Origin: Reclinomonas americana ATCC 50394 | Lineage: Eukaryota | Direction: 5' to 3' | Assembly (NCBI GenBank): GCA_048213135.1 | Contig: PS015025.1 | Span: 30,582 to 87,868 of the forward strand | Length of the DNA stretch: 57,287 nucleotides | In this document: in pieces, positions 11,926 to 22,898 of the stretch | Layout of the letters: each line of letters opens with the position of its first letter | Numbering within the stretch: position 1 is the first letter of the stretch | Translations under genes and position numbers: made by a program | The notes under the pieces: model-generated | Databases searched by the model: none | What the model was told of the DNA's origin: nothing | What the model saw: the letters and a program-made list of their open reading frames with translations, nothing else

Positions 11926-13847
11926 ATGGATCTGGTCAGCAACGTGGGCGAGGACAGTGTCGGCGCCTCGACGGCCACCATGAGGCCGCTGGTGCGCACG
12001 ACTAGCGCAGAGAAGCTCACTGCGCAGCAGCAGATGATGTTGCAGCAGCAGCAACAGCAGCAGCAGCAGCGTCGCCACCGCCATCAACAGCAACACCACC
12101 ACCACCTCGATCACGATCACAGCCACCTGCAACCGCTGTCGCCGCAGAGCGAGTACGAGGAGGTGGAGGTGGAGGTCGACGATGACGACGACGAGGAGGT
12201 GGCGCACAACCCGCTGCCCGACACCGTGGTCATTGTCCCAACTGCGCCAAAGCTGATGCTTTCTGTTGCGTGATCCACAACCACTTTCTGCCTCCTCCTG
12301 TTGTATCTCCTGTCCGCTCACGCTTGGTGTTAATCAGGACGCGACACGCGAGACGGCCACGGCCGCCAAGGACTTTGTGTGCTCGGACTGCGGACAACTG
12401 AGCGCCGATTTTGCTCTGTGCCGCAATGGTGAGCACGTGGAGTGCGCCCAGTGCCTGGCCAAGGCCGGTGGCGCCACANNNNNNNNNNNNNNNNNNNNNN
12501 NNNNNNNNNNNNNNNNNNNNNNNNNNNNNNNNNNNNNNNNNNNNNNNNNNNNNNNNNNNNNNNNNNNNNNNNNNNNNNNNNNNNNNNNNNNNNNNNNNNN
12601 NNNNNNNNNNNNNNNNNNNNNNNNNNNNNNNNNNNNNNNNNNNNNNNNNNNNNNNNNNNNNNNNNNNNNNNNNNNNNNNNNNNNNNNNNNNNNNNNNNNN
12701 NNNNNNNNNNNNNNNNNNNNNNNNNNNNNNNNNNNNNNNNNNNNNNNNNNNNNNNNNNNNNNNNNNNNNNNNNNNNNNNNNNNNNNNNNNNNNNNNNNNN
12801 NNNNNNNNNNNNNNNNNNNNNNNNNNNNNNNNNNNNNNNNNNNNNNNTGCGCGTGCGAGGGCGTGCGGACGACGTCTGCCACGGCCAGTCCGCCGCTGGC
12901 CATGCTCAAGCGCAAGCTGGACTCGATTGAGGTGCTGTGCCCGCGACGAGCGGAGGGCGGCTGCGCGTGGCGCGGCCGCGTGGGCGACTACGAGGCCCAC
13001 AAGCAGGACTGCCTGTGGCGATGCACGTCGTGCCAGACGCAGGTGCCGCTGCGCCGCGTCATGGCGCACGCCANNNNNNNNNNNNNNNNNNNNCCGAGTG
13101 CGCTGAGCGCCGGGTGGCCTGCGGCGCCTCGGATGTCGGCTGCTCGTGGACGGGCACCGCCAGCAAGCTGGAGGACCACCAGGGCAAGGAGTGCCGGCTG
13201 TGGTTCATTGCGCCCATGCTGCGCACGTTCCACCAGACCATGAAGGAGCACGCGGCGCACACGGAGCACATGGTGATGGAGATGCAAGGCAAGGTCAACA
13301 GCGTCTATGAGGACATGGAGCGCCTGAAGGAGAAGATGAAGGCGCTGGGCAAGTACGTCAAGGCCGAGCGCGATGCCAAGAAGGAGCGGCAGCGCGAGCG
13401 CAAGGCCGAGGACGAAGTGCCGTGGAAGTGCATGCTGTGCTCGCAGTTTGTCACCAACCTCACCCAAGACGAGATCCCGTGCATGTTCCACCCTGGCCTG
13501 CAGTTTGGTGAGTCTTTCTTTTCCTTCGCCTTTTCATTTCCTTTTGCTTACAATTGCTTCGCCAATCTGCAGATCCTCGAGGTGGTGCTGCGGTCACTGG
13601 ACCCGACACTCGTCTCAAGTACTCGTGCTGCAACCGCTACGTGGACCAGCACCCACCGGGCTGCACGGCGCACGAGGGCCACTTGAGGGACGAGCGCTCA
13701 ACCATGCTGCCGGCCGCCGCCGGCACCCACGGCCATGGTGCAGTGATGACTCCGCGAGGCTCACCACGCCCACGATCGCCACGCGAACGACTGGCTCGCC
13801 CCGCCATGCCGGCCTCGTCGGCCAACGGTCGCTCACCACGCCCTTGA
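11926..13847 (+). CDS. RING-like + TRAF-type zinc-finger protein with coiled coil and C-terminal Cys/His module
   Basis: CSDC..CRNGEHVECAQC..CAC (RING-like); LDSIEVLCP...GCAWRG...EAH..C and RVACG..VGCSWTG...LEDH...C (TRAF/SIAH-type fingers); CMLC..CMFHPG..YSCC..PPGC. Intron donors at 12265 and 13508. Confidence 0.75.
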
Positions 13848-14122
13848 TCGAGGGGCGCTAATTAAGGGTCGGACCACCCGATTCAGTGGTAGTGGAACGC
13901 CATAGACCTCCGCTCTTGTGGCGCACGAAAGCCGTCGTGCACCCAACATTTTTGTGGCTGGATATACCTGTCTCTCTCTCTCTTTCCCTCTCATCTCTTC
14001 TGTTGTCTCGTTGTTTGTGTGTTTTGCTGAGCCTCTCGCAAGCGATTTTTTTTAAATACAAAAGTTGTAGAGTAGTGCCATGTTGTTCACTGCGGGTGGG
14101 GATGACATCGCACAATGAGAGA

Positions 14123-15847
14123 TCACATGGAACTCGAGCCGGCACCGGTCTCACGTTGTGCCGACAGGATCGACTTGCCGATAAAGTCCACCGAGTGTCT
14201 GCAGATTAACGCAGTGAGCAACACGTGCAGAGGAGAAGCACAGAGGAGGTTCATATGCTCGACCTAATGCTGCTCGTGTCAATGGCAGACATTACGTGGG
14301 TGAAGATCTTGCGGTCGGGGTTCTTGTTGAGGGCCTCGAATTTGCCACGCAGGAATACAATGCCAGCATCGTAGAGCTGCTCTGGGCGCGCGGGATCTGC
14401 GATGTGGCGTGAGATTGCAACGGGGAGCAGAATGAGAAGGGGAATGTCGACTGTTCGCAACTCTGAAATTCAGGGAACGCGTACGACAGCGACGAGCGTG
14501 CGAGTTTCTCGCGAAACAAATCGCTCTTGTTGAGCATGAGGATCACCGGCCTGCGCCGTGGTGTGAGTCTAGTGTTGAGGGCGACAGACAGCAGCGGAAT
14601 GTACGCAACGTGTCTTCGAACCACTGTCCGTTGATCATCTCGTCGAACAGCGTCATGCTCTCCTGCACGCGATTCGTGGTGTTGTCCTCGTAGCACGTTC
14701 GATCGTACCTGAGGCGTCAGCTGCGTAAACAACAGAATGCTCATGTTTGCCTACAAATGATTTAAGAGCGCGCAACTCGTCAAGAGAGACAAAGAATAGC
14801 AGAGCGGTTACGTCCTTGAAACACCTGATCCATTTCCGACGCTCGGGTCGCTGTCCGCCAACATCAAAGAGACTGCGCATGCAGACAGATCCCATCTCCA
14901 ATTAGCCAGCATCTCAGACACACGCCTTTCGATGGTCACGCAAACGTAACTGATGACGAAACGGCGCCAACTCCACAGTCTCCTCCACGATACCAGAAGT
15001 CTTGACACGAAGGCGCAAAATGTCCTCGACGGTCGGCATGTAGTCTGGTGCACTCAACCGCTGCATGCTGTCGAAGAAACTGTTCGTGTACCAACAGACA
15101 CCAGATCATCGCTATGCGTGCACACACGCACAAAAAAATACGACTCAACTATGCAGCCGAATCATACAGCTGGAATTCATTGCGACGAGCATACGCTCGA
15201 CGAATGGCTGCAGCGTGAGAACACAACGAGTGAGCAAATCTCATCAACAGTGAGGTGCGGCATATGGTCACCTTCGTCAGTCCACAACAGAGTAATGTCG
15301 GTGGCCACTTCTTGCGTAAACAACTCCGGGTTGTTGATGAACACTTGCTCGTTCTCGCTCATACGCAACATACGCTCGGCGCGTGGCTGCCATCACGGGC
15401 TGCACGTCAGCACCAGAGTCGACAACATCACACAGCAAGGGGAACCAGCGTCACGCAACCATGTTGTCGGGCTGCAAAGCGAGGCGGAACAATCGCGCTG
15501 CGTCGATCAACATACCGATGTTGACGCTGCACGCAGCAAACAACATGTGATTACTTCACGCAAGCGATGTGTGTGTGCGCGCGCGTGTGTATGTGTGTGA
15601 CGCAACATGACGTTCGTGAAAATCCTGCGCAGAAAGAAGAGAGACGGATAATTGCTACTTGAGTGCGCGATCACACTGCATGCATGCATTGGAGCAACAG
15701 TACGCAACAAATCCTTCAGTCGCTGCCGCTCATCGTCCTTGAAGCCTCCAGAGTACAATATGCGCACCTGCCTGAAGAACGTTGATTTGCCCGTCTCACC
15801 AGCGCCTAATTATAACACGAAGAGTGAACAAGAGAGAGAATGCGTGC

Positions 15848-15891
<44 letters not shown>

Positions 15892-16068
15892 CTCACCAAG
15901 CATCAGCAGCTTCGTGTCCGTCAGCTTGCCTCCATGCCGAGTGGCTTCCTCCGCCGCCTGTCGCAACTCCCGAGTCGTCTGTGGGACGTTTGACACTGCG
16001 CGTTGTGCACGACCCTCCACGCGCTCATCGTTAGCGACGCCAGCCGCTGTGGACTTGTTGCAACCCAT
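14123..16068 (-). CDS. Heterotrimeric G-protein alpha subunit, copy 1 (12 exons)
   Basis: MGC N-terminus, [99 protein letters not shown]. Eleven GT-AG introns join these in frame. Confidence 0.95.
15851..15888. repeat. (GT)n microsatellite in G-alpha intron 1
   Basis: Directly visible dinucleotide run. Confidence 0.9.
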
Positions 16069-16168
16069 CGTCCGTCCGCCTCTCGACAGTCGTTTAGTTT
16101 GTCACGGCGATTGTTGTCATAGGACATAATACTGTCGGTCTCCGAGTGACCCCGAGTACCCGTGCCCA

Positions 16169-16272
16169 CCTGGCCAAGGCCGGTGGCAAAGGCCTGCAGA
16201 CGACATCCGCCACGGCCAGTCCAGTACTGGTCATGCTAATGCGCAAGCTGGACTCCCGGCGGGCGGCTGCGC
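16169..16272 (+). pseudogene. Degenerate remnant of the RING/TRAF gene carried along by the G-alpha duplication
   Basis: ctggccaaggccggtggc, gacatccgccacggccagtcc, catgctaatgcgcaagctggactc and gggcggctgcgc match 12455-12472, 12871-12924 and 12955-12966. Confidence 0.75.
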
Positions 16273-16336
16273 TTTATTAACGTTGCAGAGTACCATGTCA
16301 TTCACTGCGGTAGGGAGATGACATCACACAACAAGA

Positions 16337-19084
16337 TCACATGGAACTCGAGCCGGCACCGGTCTCACGTTGTGCCGACAGGATCGACTTGCCGATAAAG
16401 TCCACGGAGNNNNNNNNNNNNNNNNNNNNNNNNNNNNNNNNNNNNNNNNNNNNNNNNNNNNNNNNNNNNNNNNNNNNNNNNNNNNNNNNNNNNNNNNNNN
16501 NNNNNNNNNNNNNNNNNNNNNNNNNNNNNNNNNNNNNNNNNNNNNNNNNNNNNNNNNNNNNNNNNNNNNNNNNNNNNNNNNNNNNNNNNNNNNNNNNNNN
16601 NNNNNNNNNNNNNNNNNNNNNNNNNNNNNNNNNNNNNNNNNNNNNNNNNNNNNNNNNNNNNNNNNNNNNNNNNNNNNNNNNNNNNNNNNNNNNNNNNNNN
16701 NNNNNNNNNNNNNNNNNNNNNNNNNNNNNNNNNNNNNNNNNNNNNNNNNNNNNNNNNNNNNNNNNNNNNNNNNNNNNNNNNNNNNNNNNNNNNNNNNNNN
16801 NNNNNNNNNNNNNNNNNNNNNNNNNNNNNNNNNNNNNNNNNNNNNNNNNNNNNNNNNNNNNNNNNNNNNNNNNNNNNNNNNNNNNNNNNNNNNNNNNNNN
16901 NNNNNNNNNNNNNNNNNNNNNNNNNNNNNNNNNNNNNNNNNNNNNNNNNNNNNNNNNNNNNNNNNNNNNNNNNNNNNNNNNNNNNNNNNNNNNNNNNNNN
17001 NNNNNNNNNNNNNNNNNNNNNNNNNNNNNNNNNNNNNNNNNNNNNNNNNNNNNNNNNNNNNNNNNNNNNNNNNNNNNNNNNNNNNNNNNNNNNNNNNNNN
17101 NNNNNNNNNNNNNNNNNNNNNNNNNNNNNNNNNNNNNNNNNNNNNNNNNNNNNNNNNNNNNNNNNNNNNNNNNNNNNNNNNNNNNNNNNNNNNNNTGTCT
17201 GCAGATCAACGCAGTGAGCAACACGTACAGAGGAGAAGCACAGAGGAGGTTCATATGCTCGACCTAATGCTGCTCGTGTCAATGGCAGACATTACGTGGG
17301 TGAAGATCTTGCGGTCTGGGTTCTTGTTGAGGGCCTCGAATTTACCACACAGGAACGCAATGCCAGCATCGTAGAGCTGCTCTGGGCGGGCGGGATCTGC
17401 GATGTGGCGTGAGATTGCAAGAAGGAGCAGAACGAGAAGGGGAATGTCGACTGTTCGCAACTCTGAAATTCAGGGAACGCGTACGACAGTGACGAGCGTG
17501 CGAGTTTCTCGCGGAACAAGTCGCTCTTGTTGAGCATGAGGATCACCGGCCTACGCCGTGGTGTGAGTCTAGTGTTGAGGGCGACAGACAGCAGCGGAAT
17601 GTACGCAACGTGGAGTTGAACCACTGTCCATTGATCATCTCATCGAACAGCGTCATGCTCTCCTGCAAGCGATTCGTCGTGTTGTCCTCGTAGCACAATC
17701 GGTCATACCTGCGGCATCAGCTGTGTCAACAAGAGAACGCGTTCGTGTGAATGAAGAGCGCGCAACTCGTCAAGAGAGACAAAGAACAGCAGAGCGGTGA
17801 CATCGGCAAAACACTTGATCCATTTCCGACGCTCGGGTCGTTGTCCGCCAACATCATAGAGACTGTGCATGCAGACAGATCCCCTCTCCAATTAGCCAGC
17901 GTCTCAGACACACGCCTCTCCGCGACGGTCACGCAAACGCAACTGATGGTGGAACGGCGCCGCCTCCACGGTCTCCTCCACAATACCAGAAGTCTTGACA
18001 CGAACGCGCAAAATGTCCTCGACGGTCGGCATGTAGTCTGGTGCGCCAAGCCGCTGCACGCCGTCGAAGAAACTGTGCGCGTGCTCCAGATTAGCGTTAT
18101 GCACGCTGTACACGCACATACATGCACAGAAACACGACTAAACTATGCCGCCGAGTCATACAGCTGGAATTCATTGCGACGAGCGTGTGCATGGCGAATG
18201 GCTGAAACGACGAGTGAGCAAAGCTCAACACACTGGTGTGGTGCGGCATATGCTCACCTTCGTCAGCCCACAAAAGAGCAATGTCGGTGGCCACGTCTTG
18301 CGTAAACAACTCCGGTTGGTCGATGCACACCTGATCGTTCTCGCCCAACCGCAACATACGCTCAGCGCGTGGCTGCCATCACGGGCTGCAGGTCAGAACC
18401 AGAGTCGAAAACACTGACAGCAAGTGGACTAGCGTTACGCAACCACGTTGTCGGGCTGCAGAGCGAGGTGGAAGAGGCGCGCCGCGCCAAGCAGCATGTA
18501 CATATTGAGGCTGCGCACACGCAGCACGATACGTATCATCACCGTGTTATCGATAGATCCGGATTCAACCCAACGAAGCCATGCGAGGTGTGTGTGTATA
18601 TATGTGTGTGAAAGAGCAAGGCGTGACGCAACATGACGTTTGTGAAAATCCTGCGCAGAATGAGGAGAGACAGAGAACATTGCAACTTGAGTGCGCGATC
18701 ACACACTGCAGGCTAATGTCAGAGCAACAGTACGCAACACATCCTTCAGGCGCTGCCGCTCATCGTCCTTGAAGCCTCCAGAGTACAAAAGACGCACTTG
18801 TTTGTAGAACGTTGATTTGCCCGTCTCACCAGCGCCTAACACGACGAGAGTGAGCACAAAAGTGTGCGTGAGCGTGTGTGTGTGTGTGTGTTTCAGTGCT
18901 ACTCACCCAGCATAAGCAGCTTTGTGTGCGTCAGCTTGCCTCCATGCCGAGTGGCTTCCTCCGCCGCTTGTCGCAACTCCCGAGTCGCCTGTGATACGTT
19001 TGACACTGCACGTTGTGCGCGACCCTCCACGCGCTCATCGTTGGCGTTGGCGACGCCAGCCGCTGTGGACTTGTTGCAACCCAT
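16337..19084 (-). CDS. Heterotrimeric G-protein alpha subunit, copy 2 (tandem paralog)
   Basis: Same exon/intron structure and motifs as copy 1 ([25 protein letters not shown]). An N gap interrupts the last exon. Confidence 0.93.
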
Positions 19085-19166
19085 CGCTCGCTCGTCAGAG
19101 TGCGTGTCGCGATCCTGTCATGTAGGACACTGTGATTCACGCCGCTTCCAGTTCATCACACGAGCC

Positions 19167-20377
<1,211 letters not shown>

Positions 20378-20510
20378 TCCACCCATCCTCTTTACTGTTT
20401 GCTGTACATACGACGCCCGCAGCGGCGTGTTATTAAAAAAAGTTTAGCCCACGAATTTGCAAGAAGGAGATTCTTTTCGCGCGCGTTTGAGTGAGTGAGC
20501 GGGTGGGTGG

Positions 20511-22839
20511 ATGGCTTCGTCGCCACCGCCACTGCGAGTGGCCGATGCGTCCATGGACGTCGCCTCTGTGCTCTCCCCGCCAACATCACAGCGAGTGCCA
20601 CTGCCTCCACTCAGTGCCGGTATGCCATTGGCACTCGAGAGCGTGGTGCCTGCGCGGTCTCGCGTATTCGGGGCACCGCCTGCTCAACTCAGCAGCGCAC
20701 CCGCAGCCGCCTTTAGCGACTGGTGCGCGCTCTCACTCTCTCTTCCCCATGCCAACCAAGAGTCTGATCGAGACAACACACACACAGGTCGCGTCTTGCA
20801 CATCCTCCCGCGCTGCTCGGCCCCGGAATGCACCTGTCGCCTGGTGCAGCAGCGGCCGCGGCCTCGGCGGTGTCGTCCATGTCGGCGCTGAGTCACACCG
20901 AGGACGAGACCGTGGCCTGTGTGATCATCAATCCCAAGAGTGGACCGCGACAGGGCGCCACCGAGGCCATCATTCAGCGCTTTCGCGAGGTGTGTGCGTC
21001 GCCACCCCGCCCACCTTATTCTCGTGCTCTGTTGTTTCATGCTGGAGACACGGGCAGGAACTGGGAGCCGAGCACACGCATGTGATCCAGCCGCCGGATT
21101 TCTTGCCGCGCTTCTTGTTTCGTGGGTTCGCCTTGCTGCGAGTCCTCCACATCGTGTGCTCACCCCCCACTGATGGCAGTCTGGAAAAGTACGCCAGCCA
21201 GTCGGCCTCGCTGACGGTCTATATCTTTGGTGGCGATGGCACGGTGCAGTGGGTGATTTGGTCGGCGTTGTCGAGCCCACTGTTCACCATCGACACCATG
21301 CCGACATTTGTGCCGCTGCCAGCCGGCACCGGCAACGAGCTCTCGCGTGTCCTTGGCTGGGTGCGTCTCCCACCACTGCATTTGGGGAAAGAGAACTCGA
21401 TTCTGACACTTGCACAGGGCACATCGGTGTCAAACGGCGCCGCCATCACCGAGCTGCTTCGGCGCATCGAGGATCAGGGCGAGGAGCACTTGCTTGACAC
21501 GTGGTCGGTGCGCGTTGAACGCGACAGTGATGACACAGCGGCAGGTGGTGGTGGCGGTGGTGGTGGAAGCAGCAGCAGCAGCAGTAGCAGTCGAGGTGCT
21601 GCCGAAAATCGCCCCATGTCGTACTCGGATCGTGCCTCTGCTGGCGGCGGCAGTCACGATCGACGACGCTCCACGCTGGGAGACGACGACGATGATGTCG
21701 GTGGTGGCGGCGGTGGTGGTGGTGGTGGCGGTGGTGGCGTTGGCATGTTTGACGATGAGCCGGTCGAGGAGGACGAAGGAGGCAGAGAGGTGGCGGAGGT
21801 CGCATTCGGCGGCGGTGACTATGTGGGCGTCGATGGGCGCTCAGTGGTCTCCTTCTACCCCATGAGCTGCTTCTTCAGCATTGGGTGGGACGCAGAGGTG
21901 GCGTACGCTTTTGAGCAGCACCGCACGGCCAAGGTCGGCTGCTGTGCCAGGTGTTGTGGATGCACGGGCAGTCGTGGCTGGGACAAGTTCCTCCACTGTT
22001 TCTGGGGCATGGGGGTGTGCGCACGAGTGTGCTGCTGCTGTATGCCGACGCTGAGCGGGTCTGCCGTGGTTCGCTCGCTCCGTGTCGACAACCGAGATGT
22101 GGTGCTGCCAGCCAATTGTCGCAGTCTGGTGATTGACAACATTCCCGGTCTGGCCGACGGCATGGAACTGTGGCACCCCACCGAAGCCGAGATGAACCTG
22201 CCGATTGCGGTGCGGGACCTCTCTTGTTTGCGAATTGCGACTCGTGCATCCTAATCACTGGTGTCTTTTATTTTGGTGTGCAAGGCTCTGGAAAAGCAAC
22301 ACATGGGCGACGGTCGCATCGAGGTGCTGTCGACTGGCGGACCGCACGAATATGTTGCGCCCCTTCCCCGGCACACGTCTGCCTTATTTCACTTGCCACT
22401 CATGTTTGTACCTGCATCGCTCCAGCTGGCCGTCCGATTGTGCGGGTGCTGCTATCGAGCACCGCATGTGGCGCAGGGTACGCGAGTGGAAGTCCAGTTT
22501 TCCGAGCCAACTGTACGTGTGCGCACTGCCAGTTTCTTATTGCTCCTCCACCTCGTCTCTCACATCGCTGTCCGCCCCACCCGCCAGGATGTACACTACC
22601 AGATCGACGGCAATCCGTACCGACACCGCCTGCGATCGGTACTTGTCGAGCACTTTGGGACGGTGCGCGTGCTGCGAGCGTCCACGGACGCACCCGATCA
22701 CGACCCGCATTCGCATGCTGTCTCCTCTCCGCTGTCGTCGAGCAGCGCCAGCGTCGATGGCCACCGGGGTCGGCGGAAGAAGCGGCGTAGCAGACAAGGA
22801 GCACGCAAAAAGACCTCGCCAAGGACAAGCAGCTTGTAA
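20511..22839 (+). CDS. Diacylglycerol kinase (catalytic + accessory domain, no C1 domains)
   Basis: IINPKSG, GGDGTV, PLPAGTGNELSRVLGW, FSIGWDAEVAYAF, NIPGLADG, GDGRIEV, HVAQG, QIDGNP. Confidence 0.9.
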
Positions 22840-22898
22840 AAGTGGAAAGAACGAACGAAGGTCGGAAATTTGAGGGGGGTTTGCCTTACCACGCAGCG

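Noticed and set aside
15140-15155. Non-canonical TT donors (G|TTGAGT) as an alternative reading of the shifted sites
   Set aside because: Cutting after the G would create a TAG stop at the conserved SAAY tyrosine, so cleavage must be before GT.
14123-19084. G-alpha copies as frameshifted pseudogenes, or stop-codon reassignment
   Set aside because: All stops and frame changes fall inside GT-AG introns, and the spliced frames are intact in the standard code.
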